From: a virus | Lineage: Duplodnaviria; Caudoviricetes | DNA: 64,000 bases | IMG/VR virus record: IMGVR_UViG_3300020577_005315 | Coordinates: 29,521-93,520 of that record | Direction: 5' to 3' (one strand) | Shown here: positions 56,136 to 64,000 of the stretch, in pieces | Position numbering within the stretch: position 1 is the first letter of the stretch | How the letters are laid out: each line of letters begins with the position of its first letter | Notes under the pieces: generated by a model | What the model saw: the letters and a program-made list of their open reading frames with translations, nothing else | Told to the model about the DNA's origin: nothing | Databases searched by the model: none | Made by a program: the position numbers and the translations under genes

Positions 56136-56166
56136 AACGTACGCCGAACCCCGGCGTACGTTTTTT
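56136..56166 (+). terminator. intrinsic terminator
   Basis: AACGTACGCCG-aaccc-CGGCGTACGTT-TTTT. Confidence 0.8.
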
Positions 56167-56182
56167 AGTCGTTAGGAACCGC

Positions 56183-56704
56183 ATGTTACAGATCCGCAAG
56201 CACAACCGGGCCTACACCCCGGCTCGGGACATCGTCCAACTCTTCCCGAACGTGATCGGTCAGCAGGCGTGCAACGGCCTCGCTCGGCACTCCTGGCCGA
56301 AGGCGTTGGCGGCTTACGCGAAGCACTGTCAGTTGGACGACAAAGACCTCATCGCCGCGGCCCAGGCGCTCGCTAAGTTTGTGATGCAGGTCACCAGCTA
56401 CGCCAACACCGACATCCCTACCGCCTACGTCAACGCCGGGATGGACAAACTTGCTCCGGCCGCCCAGTTGGCCCTCATGGCCTCGATCGGCGCCGCGACG
56501 CTCGACACGTGGGTTCACTGCGCCCGCGGAGCGACCCAGATGGGTCAGAACCCGCACGGGACCGACCAGCTTGCTGCCTCCCTGGAGCGGACTACCAGCG
56601 TCTTCGGTGCGGCGACTCAGGGCGCCAGGCAGCGTGCCGCCGACGACGTCAACCGAACTACTACGCGCGTCATGGGAGACAACGACCCCCTCGCCGGCGA
56701 GTAG
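56183..56704 (+). CDS. hypothetical protein
   Basis: 173 aa ORF, SD AGGA. Confidence 0.65.
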   Translation: MLQIRKHNRAYTPARDIVQLFPNVIGQQACNGLARHSWPKALAAYAKHCQLDDKDLIAAAQALAKFVMQVTSYANTDIPTAYVNAGMDKLAPAAQLALMASIGAATLDTWVHCARGATQMGQNPHGTDQLAASLERTTSVFGAATQGARQRAADDVNRTTTRVMGDNDPLAGE

Positions 56705-56706
56705 TC

Positions 56707-57432
56707 ATGAAGTATTTCGACCCGATCGTCGCGATGACGTGGGTTGACGAGTTCGGTAAACTTCCACGGAACTATTTGGCCGTGGACACCGAGACGTCGG
56801 GGGTCGACCCACGGCAGGACTACATCCTTCAACTGGGCTTCTGTAAGGTCGCTGACAGTCAGGCCAAACTGTATGGTTCTCTGACGATCGACTGGACCCA
56901 GGTGCTCAATCGGAGTCAGCTGCAGGACCTGGAACGCCGCATGGACGGCGCTCGGACTGCGATGCAGAAACGTGGCAAGCAGTACGACTGGACTATCGAC
57001 TCACTGACGAAGCACGGCAAGCACCCCAGGGAGATCGCCAAGCGGTTTCTGGCTCAGGTCGGCGACGACTGGGCGTTCGCAGCCCACTATGGGTTCCTAC
57101 TCGACTACCCGATCATCGGTAAGTTCCTACAGCAGTACGGCGAGAAACCGTTCGCGCCGGAACTCGAGAAGATGATCGACACAGGTCTGTTGGTTAAAGC
57201 CGGCTTCATCGGCGTCTCTCCCGAGCAGCATGAAGACATGATGAGCTACGTGAAGCGGGTGGACACAGTTCGCGCTGCACCCCGACACAGCATGGAGCAC
57301 TGCGTCGATTACTTCGACTTGGTCAAACAGGGCGCGGTTAAGAAGAACCTTCACGACGCCGGCTACGACGCCTGGTGCGTCCACCTCCTGGTCGAGAAGA
57401 TGCGGTCGTACGTCCCGGAGCACATGCGATGA
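56707..57432 (+). CDS. DEDDh (DnaQ-like) 3'-5' exonuclease
   Basis: AVDTETSG, HY...LDY, IDT, HDAGYD. Confidence 0.82.
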   Translation: MKYFDPIVAMTWVDEFGKLPRNYLAVDTETSGVDPRQDYILQLGFCKVADSQAKLYGSLTIDWTQVLNRSQLQDLERRMDGARTAMQKRGKQYDWTIDSLTKHGKHPREIAKRFLAQVGDDWAFAAHYGFLLDYPIIGKFLQQYGEKPFAPELEKMIDTGLLVKAGFIGVSPEQHEDMMSYVKRVDTVRAAPRHSMEHCVDYFDLVKQGAVKKNLHDAGYDAWCVHLLVEKMRSYVPEHMR

Positions 57433-58049
57433 CCGGTCGGAAGGTGATGGGGGTCGACCCCGGCGGGCACGGCGCCTTTTACGAGTTGGACGAGGTCGAC
57501 GGTAAGTGGGTGCCTGGTCGGTACCTGCTCATGCCGTTCGAGGAGTCCGAGGCTCGGGTCAAGGACGTCGACGTCTCCGCCGTGATCGACTTCATCGCCG
57601 ATACGCACTACGACTTGATCGTCTTGGAAGATGTCGGCTACATGCCGAGCGGCGAGGGTGGTACGGGGTTCAAGGGTGGGGCGTTCACCGCCTGTATCCT
57701 GACCTCCCGCGTTCGAGACCTACTCGGAATGTTTAAGACCCTGAACCGACTCAAGCGTACCAGCGATGAGTGTCGGATGGTGCGGACGCTGACGTGGCAA
57801 GGGGCCTTGGGGATTAGGTTGATGCGGATCGCCAAAGAGAAGCGTGAGAAGCGGAAGAAGCGGATTAAGGCCGCCGTACTCACCTGGGTCCAGACCGCCT
57901 ACCCTGACGCTCAGTTGGTCCCGCAGGGTTGCCGCGTCCCCCACGACGGGCTTGTCGACGCCCTGGCTATGGCCCACTACGCCGCCACCCAACTGCCGGA
58001 CAACAACATCCTGCCGACCGTCGTGAAGAAGGGACGTAAGAAGAAGTGA
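57429..58049 (+). CDS. ruvC: RuvC-like Holliday junction resolvase
   Basis: MGVDPG..GA, IVLED, WQ, HDGLVDALAMA. Confidence 0.8.
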   Translation: MTGRKVMGVDPGGHGAFYELDEVDGKWVPGRYLLMPFEESEARVKDVDVSAVIDFIADTHYDLIVLEDVGYMPSGEGGTGFKGGAFTACILTSRVRDLLGMFKTLNRLKRTSDECRMVRTLTWQGALGIRLMRIAKEKREKRKKRIKAAVLTWVQTAYPDAQLVPQGCRVPHDGLVDALAMAHYAATQLPDNNILPTVVKKGRKKK

Positions 58050-58645
58050 TCCCCGAAGCCCGCTACGTAGGGTCTACCGAGCTCCCCTGGGAGGAGGGCA
58101 ACCACGACGGCCCTACTATCTACAACGACGACTTGAGCCCGGTCGGGCGTAAAGCCTCCTGGACCCTGACCGGGTTGTCCGGCTCTCACAAGTTTTTTAC
58201 CCATCAACTCCTGCTGGCTGCAGGCACCACGCCGGACCCGGTGGAGGTGTACTGGGCCGAGAACAACCTCCCGGCCAACGAGTCGTGTTACATCCTTCAA
58301 ACATCCCGACCCGTGTTCGGCGGCCTCCCCGACCCGTACAGTCGTATCGTCTTCGCCTGTCCGGACGTTCACGCCCCTGGTCTATTCAAGTACCTGGATC
58401 GACTAGCCGTCTGCTCCGCCGGCCGTCCGATGTTCGACTCTTTGCGTCAGAACATCTACATCGTCGACTGGCCGATGGTGGATAGTATGTCCGTTGTACC
58501 GCAGAAGCCGCCGGTGGTGGTGGCCGCGGTGTGGGGAGTGGAGTGGGCCGACTCAATGGTTTACTTCAAGCAGTCGAGCGACTTATGGACGAAGCCGTTC
58601 ACCCTGGTCAAGCGGACCAAGCCCCCCATCAAACAGCCCAAGTGA
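58046..58645 (+). CDS. hypothetical protein
   Basis: 199 aa, GTGA overlap with the upstream gene. Confidence 0.6.
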   Translation: MIPEARYVGSTELPWEEGNHDGPTIYNDDLSPVGRKASWTLTGLSGSHKFFTHQLLLAAGTTPDPVEVYWAENNLPANESCYILQTSRPVFGGLPDPYSRIVFACPDVHAPGLFKYLDRLAVCSAGRPMFDSLRQNIYIVDWPMVDSMSVVPQKPPVVVAAVWGVEWADSMVYFKQSSDLWTKPFTLVKRTKPPIKQPK

Positions 58646-58650
58646 CCGAC

Positions 58651-58935
58651 ATGGAATTTACTCTTCTAGTTCAGTGGTCGAACACGTCGCCCGTAGAGAC
58701 TTTCACGTTCCAGACCGGTGAAGCGCTGATCGCCAAGTTCCGGGAGGTCAAGGCGCGGGCCAAGGCCGATCGCCTGACGCGGGAAGGCGTTCGCGTTTGG
58801 GCGTTCTACGGCCGCCAGGTGAAGCTGACGCCGGACAAGATCTTCCTGCCGAACCAGGACCAGGTCTGGGGGTGGGTCGATGTGGACGAAGTCCCCGGCT
58901 CGTTACCGGAGTACGCCGGAGCGATTTTCCGCTAA
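58651..58935 (+). CDS. hypothetical protein
   Basis: ATG 58651 just after the upstream stop. Confidence 0.55.
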   Translation: MEFTLLVQWSNTSPVETFTFQTGEALIAKFREVKARAKADRLTREGVRVWAFYGRQVKLTPDKIFLPNQDQVWGWVDVDEVPGSLPEYAGAIFR

Positions 58936-58962
58936 ATTGTCAGTCAAGTGCTGTCAATATAG
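58933..58962 (+). promoter_or_regulatory. candidate phage-sigma promoter TAAA-N15-TGTCAATATAG
   Basis: Near match to the recurring motif. Confidence 0.45.
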
Positions 58963-59017
58963 ATGCGCCCGAGAGAGTGTTGAATTGGAATCTAGGGTGG
59001 GCGCTAGGAAATCCTCG

Positions 59018-59878
59018 ATGAACGTGCGCGCTGTCAGTGGTAATCGGTCGAAGGTCAGCACCGGCCCCGGACGGATCCTGCCGGTCAACCTGCACTCGCA
59101 AGACGGTCCCAGCCTCCTGGACGCTGAGAAGCAGCGGAACTCCGCCTTCATCTCGGTCATCCAGGCCCGCCTGTCGTGCGGCCCCCTCTACACCCCAGGC
59201 TGGGAGCAGTACTGCGCCGTCGCGTACGTCAACGGCGACCTCGACACGTACGGCGGTCCGGACGTGCTCGGTATGCCCAAGGTGTCCAACAAGTTCGGCC
59301 TGCTGACGGTCGGGTTCACCGGCCGCGTCGCGGTCCGCGGCGACCGGAAGACGGAGGAGGTGCTGGCCGTGTACACGCCGGTACACGTCCTCGACGCCAG
59401 CAGCAAGTACGTGGCCGTTACCGGCCACCCGCAGGTGCGGTGCTTCCACCCGCCGAGCGAGGCCCCGCACCAGTTCCCGTACTACCCCCCGTTCCACCTC
59501 GAGCAGGAGTGGCGCTGGGCGCACTCGGCCGCGTGTCTGCTGATGCAGCTCACGCACACCCTGGCGACCACCCACGGTGAGCCGTCGGCCGACCCATCGG
59601 CCCAGGTCCGTGCGCCGTTCCTGGCGATCGAGCGGGTTGACGACAGCGGCGTCGAATCGTATGCTGCCGTCACCGACAGCACGGCTCCGGCTCTGAACGC
59701 TGACGGCAGCGTCGACCGCAGCAAGTACTTCTACGACTTCTCGAACGTGCCGACCGGCATCGACCGTCGCCGCCACTCGACGGCCGTCCCGACGTCGCTC
59801 CACTGGATGATCCAGCGGGCGCACGTGCGTTGCCCGAACCAGCAGTTGGGCGACATCAAGTGGCAGTACGCCGTGTAA
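59018..59878 (+). CDS. hypothetical protein
   Basis: ATG 59018 with SD AGGA; strong GC3 bias. Confidence 0.65.
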   Translation: MNVRAVSGNRSKVSTGPGRILPVNLHSQDGPSLLDAEKQRNSAFISVIQARLSCGPLYTPGWEQYCAVAYVNGDLDTYGGPDVLGMPKVSNKFGLLTVGFTGRVAVRGDRKTEEVLAVYTPVHVLDASSKYVAVTGHPQVRCFHPPSEAPHQFPYYPPFHLEQEWRWAHSAACLLMQLTHTLATTHGEPSADPSAQVRAPFLAIERVDDSGVESYAAVTDSTAPALNADGSVDRSKYFYDFSNVPTGIDRRRHSTAVPTSLHWMIQRAHVRCPNQQLGDIKWQYAV

Positions 59879-59889
59879 GCCGGCGCGTG

Positions 59890-59915
59890 AAAAGAAGGGG
59901 CACACCCCTTCTTTT
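59890..59915. terminator. bidirectional-type terminator hairpin
   Basis: AAAAGAAGGGG-caca-CCCCTTCTTTT. Confidence 0.75.
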
Positions 59916-59937
59916 AGTCATCAGGAGTGTTTTGACC

Positions 59938-60729
59938 GTGTCAGACGAATACAACGACGACATCCAAATCATCGACGAGGACGGCGTTCGGCGTCGACTC
60001 ACCACTAGTGAGTACGCTGAAGAAGAAGAGTTCTCCGACGACGAGCTCAGTCGTTTCGGCAAGTCGGATGTAATGCGTCTTCCCCGCTCCTACCGGTCCG
60101 AGTCGTCTGGCATCCCTATCGGCCGCCCCCCGGAGTTGGTGCGCGGCAACGTCATCTACATCGACCCTCCGCTGGACGGCAACGGACCGCCGATTGCGGC
60201 ACTGACGATCGACGACCTGAACGACCCAGACATCGTCACCGCCACGGCCAAGTACGCCAGCAACCCGACGATGGACACTCCGGACGAAATCAAGGATAAA
60301 ATGGTGGCGGCTTACACCGAGGCGGCCCGGATGAAAGCCGCCCGCAAGCGCGCCGCCAAGTCGTCCAAGGCAGCTACCAAGCCGGAACCAACTCAGACCG
60401 CGTGCGTGGTCGTAGACGATAAGAAGAATGTGGAGGAGGCGATTCAGATGGCGAGCTTGGTTGACGTCGAGTGGGACTACGGGCCGTATCAGGTGACTGC
60501 GGGTTACACCGAGGTCATCATCAATGACAACATCGTTGTTTTAGCCATGTCGGACGCGGCCAAGGCCGCCGGCATTCACATCCCGAAACCGCAGGACGAG
60601 TCGATCCGCCTGACGCCGGCCAACCCGGAATACGGCGTCGACAGCTTGTGGGTTTTTCCGACCGGCACCAGTTTCACCCACAACGGCTACACGTACGCGG
60701 TATTGTTCATCGACCGCGACAAGCAGTAA
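59938..60729 (+). CDS. hypothetical protein
   Basis: SD AGGAG; start GTG 59938 or TTG 59932. Confidence 0.65.
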   Translation: MSDEYNDDIQIIDEDGVRRRLTTSEYAEEEEFSDDELSRFGKSDVMRLPRSYRSESSGIPIGRPPELVRGNVIYIDPPLDGNGPPIAALTIDDLNDPDIVTATAKYASNPTMDTPDEIKDKMVAAYTEAARMKAARKRAAKSSKAATKPEPTQTACVVVDDKKNVEEAIQMASLVDVEWDYGPYQVTAGYTEVIINDNIVVLAMSDAAKAAGIHIPKPQDESIRLTPANPEYGVDSLWVFPTGTSFTHNGYTYAVLFIDRDKQ

Positions 60730-60750
60730 ACTACGCGCTGAGAGACGTCA
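60727..60750 (+). promoter_or_regulatory. candidate phage-sigma promoter TAAA-N15-CGTCA upstream of the putative portal
   Basis: Exact spacing match, although the 3' part is not AT-rich. Confidence 0.4.
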
Positions 60751-60762
60751 GAGGGCTAAAGC

Positions 60763-62742
60763 GTGCCGATCCCGGTTCCCGGCCACCCCCAGATGGGGAC
60801 TTCGTTCGACGCAATCGCGCCGTTCCAGGACCCGTTCGCCGACCAGGCGTCGGTGGCCATGCCGATCAGCATCCCCGCGATGCTGCGGCACGCTGAATTC
60901 TTCGCTGTAGCCGACCCGACCTTGTACGCAGCCTACAAGCGTGTCGCCGCTCACTTCTTGACGGAAATCGAGATTACTGGCGACGAGGTCGGGACCGACG
61001 AGAAGAAGGAACAGAAGGCGTACCTGGAAGACACGGTCGGCGTTCTCCCGTTCATGCTAGAGGCCGGTCTAAGTACGCTGATCTACGGCAACGGCTACTT
61101 CAGTGTGCTGCCTCAGTTTGTCCGGTATGTGGTCTGTCAGAATAAGTTCAAGAACGGGCGGTATTGCGGCTCGAGTTGGCGACTGCAAGAGTTCCAGTCG
61201 CAACCGCTGTTCAAGTACAAGTGGCGTAACGGTATCGCCGGGTACTGTCCGGCGTGCGGCTTTAGTGGTGTGTTCCATGACAAAGACCGTCCGCCGCGTG
61301 ACGAAGTGGACGAGAGCGCACCAGTCATTCTGAAGTCGTGGAACCCGCACGACATTCGAATCAACTACAACGCCCACACGGGTCAGACGTTGGCTTTCAT
61401 CTGGGTCATCCCGGCCCAGGACCGCACCGAGATCAAGCAGGGGTTGAACCCGCTGGTCATTGCCACCACCCCGTGGGATTGGGTGATGGCGGCCAACTCG
61501 GACATGAACCTACAGTTCACTCCGGACTACATCTTCCACTGGCGCGAGCCGTACATCTCTGGCCTGCGGTTCCAGGGTGTCGGAGTATCGCGGTCTATCA
61601 TCTCGTACCGGCAGCTGTACCTGACCCGTATGCTGCTGCGGATGAACGAGGTGTTGGCCGCGGGTCACGTCGTCCCCATGCGTGTCATCTCGCCGGCTAA
61701 TACTGCCGGACGCAGTGACGAGGGCGACATTCTTCGCACCGGTCACTTGGGTAACGTCCGGGCCCGAACGATGCAATTGGTTGCCAACTGGCGCCAAGAC
61801 CCGTCCAGCATCGGCTTCAGCCCTATCCCGCTTCAGATGCAGGCGCTGGGGGCTGACGCTCGCAGCCTGATCCCCGCTGACATCATCACACAGAGCCAGG
61901 ATCAGCTGCTAAACGGTTTGGACGTCCCCACGGATTACTACCGCTGTGCGTTGACTCAACAGAACGCTCCGGTCGGTATCCGTCTCATGGAGAAGACCTG
62001 GGCACCGTTCGTACATAGCCAGAACCGTCTTTTGAACTTCATCGGCCGGCGGTGTCAGTACATTCTGAAGTGGACTGAAGCCCAGTATCAGTTCAAGAAG
62101 ACGACGCTGGTCGACGACCTCGAGAAGTCGCAGCTGAAGGTCCAGATGAGCCAGGCGGGCCTGGTGTCCCGTACCAAGGCTCTGGACGAAGTCGGCGAGG
62201 ACTTCGAGGAGCAGACCAAGCAGAAGCTCCGCGATCAGATGACGGAGCAGCGGCTTCAGGCAGAGATGCAGGAGGAGGCCGACGCGTTCGGCTTCGCTCA
62301 ACAGCTTGGCCAGCAGCAGGGCATGCCGCCGGGTATGCAACCTGCCGGCCCCGGCGGTCAGCCGGGTCAGCCTGGCGCAGCTCCCGTCGGCCAGGACCCC
62401 AACGCCCAGGGCGCGGCTCCTGCTGGTCCCGGTGGGGCGCAACAGGCTGCGGGCACGCCCGCTGGTAGCGACCCGCTCGCTTCGCTGGTTCCGCAGAACG
62501 GGACCGAGATGGACCCGCAGGAGTTCGTCGGGCGAGCTCAACAGGTGGCTAAGTTCCTCATCACGGTGCCCGAGGGTCAGCGCTTCGGGATGCTCAAGCA
62601 GATCCGTGAGACGCACGAGTCGTTCCACCAGATGGTCAAGGGGGAGCTCGAGAAGCTGCGTTCTAAGGCCCGTAGTCAGGGTCAGCAGATGGTGCTGAGT
62701 CAGATGGGGGCCCAACAGGGTGGTCAACCGGGCGGCCAATAA
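60763..62742 (+). CDS. probable portal protein
   Basis: 659 aa; LIYGNGYFS, WNPHDIRI, IFHW, GVS, helical stem, VSRTKALDEVG crown-like segment, Gln/Pro/Gly-rich tail. Confidence 0.6.
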   Translation: MPIPVPGHPQMGTSFDAIAPFQDPFADQASVAMPISIPAMLRHAEFFAVADPTLYAAYKRVAAHFLTEIEITGDEVGTDEKKEQKAYLEDTVGVLPFMLEAGLSTLIYGNGYFSVLPQFVRYVVCQNKFKNGRYCGSSWRLQEFQSQPLFKYKWRNGIAGYCPACGFSGVFHDKDRPPRDEVDESAPVILKSWNPHDIRINYNAHTGQTLAFIWVIPAQDRTEIKQGLNPLVIATTPWDWVMAANSDMNLQFTPDYIFHWREPYISGLRFQGVGVSRSIISYRQLYLTRMLLRMNEVLAAGHVVPMRVISPANTAGRSDEGDILRTGHLGNVRARTMQLVANWRQDPSSIGFSPIPLQMQALGADARSLIPADIITQSQDQLLNGLDVPTDYYRCALTQQNAPVGIRLMEKTWAPFVHSQNRLLNFIGRRCQYILKWTEAQYQFKKTTLVDDLEKSQLKVQMSQAGLVSRTKALDEVGEDFEEQTKQKLRDQMTEQRLQAEMQEEADAFGFAQQLGQQQGMPPGMQPAGPGGQPGQPGAAPVGQDPNAQGAAPAGPGGAQQAAGTPAGSDPLASLVPQNGTEMDPQEFVGRAQQVAKFLITVPEGQRFGMLKQIRETHESFHQMVKGELEKLRSKARSQGQQMVLSQMGAQQGGQPGGQ

Positions 62743-62817
62743 CCGCCCCGTCGGTCTACAACGTACACACGCCTCTACCTACACGGGCGTACTTCTAACC
62801 GGTAGCGGAGTGCCGTC

Positions 62818-63636
62818 GTGTTCCCTCGTCTGTATTGTCCGGTCTGTAGCAACAATGATTTGAAGAACTTCAGGCTCCTGCGTGACCTGACCGACCAGCC
62901 GTACGCCGCCGTGTGCAACGACTGTGGGTTGTGCATGGAGTGTAAGTTGACGCCTGATCCGATTAACGTGTATCGGGCGGAAAACTACGACAAGAGTCGG
63001 AATAAAGGTGCCGGTGGATCCAGGTGGACGCGGTTCCACCACGACTGCGCCGTCGCCAAGGATCGTATAGAGCAGCTCAAACGTGTTCTACCTACCGACT
63101 TCACGTTGGACGACATCGGGGCGTGGAACGACATCGGCTGTTCGAACGGGGCTGTGGGTGTTGTGCTGCAGGGTGTTCTCCCCCACGTGTCGTTTCACGG
63201 CGTCGAGGCGGACGAGAAATCTGCCGACGAGGTTCGGGCGCTGACAGGGCTGACCGTTTCTAACCGGGGCTCGACGACGGACTATAAGGGCCTGGTGATT
63301 GTGTCGATGTACGACGTGCTCGAACACGTCCTCAACCCGCTCGACATGGTCAGTAGGGCTGTACACACCTGTCGTGCTTCGAGCGTCGGCGGCCTGATAA
63401 TTATCGAGTGTCCGGACTACGATGACGTAGCCGGGTCGGACGCCGAGTTCTATACTTGGAAACACAGGCGGGTCACGGACGAGGTGACGGAGCACATCTG
63501 GCACTTTTCGGAAGCTAGTCTGGAGCGCCTACGACTACGCCTCAACGACGTTCACTCTACCGCTACGGTGAGTCCGGTCTCGTATAGTCGGAACATCAAG
63601 GGCCGCCTGCAGGCGGTCTGGCGAGTGGAGCGATGA
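62818..63636 (+). CDS. class I SAM-dependent methyltransferase with N-terminal zinc knuckle
   Basis: CPVC..CNDCG, DIGCSNG, GVE, DVLEHVLNP, EHIWHFS (sugar methyltransferase-type). Confidence 0.82.
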   Translation: MFPRLYCPVCSNNDLKNFRLLRDLTDQPYAAVCNDCGLCMECKLTPDPINVYRAENYDKSRNKGAGGSRWTRFHHDCAVAKDRIEQLKRVLPTDFTLDDIGAWNDIGCSNGAVGVVLQGVLPHVSFHGVEADEKSADEVRALTGLTVSNRGSTTDYKGLVIVSMYDVLEHVLNPLDMVSRAVHTCRASSVGGLIIIECPDYDDVAGSDAEFYTWKHRRVTDEVTEHIWHFSEASLERLRLRLNDVHSTATVSPVSYSRNIKGRLQAVWRVER

Positions 63637-64000
63637 TGAGTTTCCGTAAGAGCATGACGGCTCCGCCCAGCGGGGTCGACTGTTACTGGTTGAAGGTCCA
63701 CGGCGGCCTGGGCGACATCGTCTGGGTCTACAAGAAGGCCGTGAACTTCGACAAGCCACTGTTCATTTCGATCTCGGAAGAGAACCGCACCCGGCCCCGG
63801 CGGTCGGGCTTCCTAGTTGATCACCTGCCTAACGTGGTCGGGTGGAACTTCGACGGTAAGATGTTCTGCCCCAACGGTCAGGACTGGTGTCCCCTCACTG
63901 ACCCGTCGTGCGCGTACGGGAAGAAGTTCAGCGACCTAAACCTGCCGGTCAATACCCCGGTCCGCCTCGAGTGCAACAAGTGGTTGGAGAACGGCCACCG
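63633..64000 (+). CDS. GT9-like glycosyltransferase, N-terminal part (runs off the window)
   Basis: Open frame from ATG 63633; LKVHGGLGDIVWV resembles the GT9 N-terminal GGLGD motif. Confidence 0.5.
   Translation, partial: MMSFRKSMTAPPSGVDCYWLKVHGGLGDIVWVYKKAVNFDKPLFISISEENRTRPRRSGFLVDHLPNVVGWNFDGKMFCPNGQDWCPLTDPSCAYGKKFSDLNLPVNTPVRLECNKWLENGH

Overview
This is a 64-kb segment of a large, GC-rich, contractile-tailed (myovirus-type, probably jumbo) bacteriophage genome; genes are almost all on the + strand and read normally in the standard code. Left to right it holds: (1) tail/baseplate genes (gp25-like, baseplate J-like) with a FliA-like sigma factor, a SEC-C peptide and a BolA-like gene among them; (2) a glycosylation cluster (GT2-like, GH130-like, GT71-like/FkbM fusion, GT9-like) beside a Cys-rich putative fibre protein; (3) a MoxR-like AAA ATPase with a vWA/metallopeptidase partner; (4) terminase large subunit on the - strand; (5) class II ribonucleotide reductase with a LAGLIDADG intein; (6) a RimK-like ATP-grasp gene followed by 11 tandem small ORFs; (7) an AT-rich non-coding gap; (8) HldE and a full replication/recombination module (SbcCD, SF2 helicase, DnaB, primase, UDG-PolA fusion, SSB-like, RecA-like, DnaQ-like, RuvC-like); (9) a probable portal, a methyltransferase and a second GT9-like gene. 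The best candidate for an undescribed system is the 11-ORF array at 32692-35165: unrelated N-termini, an exactly spaced C-terminal tag (W)xxLPxxxxL[FY]xxDEEG-stop, and DEEG codons that double as the Shine-Dalgarno of the next gene. The second is a recurring fixed-spacing intergenic motif TAAA-N15-CGTC(A/T-rich), seen at 7 sites, a candidate promoter for the phage sigma factor. All functional calls come from reading motifs by eye; no database searches were run.
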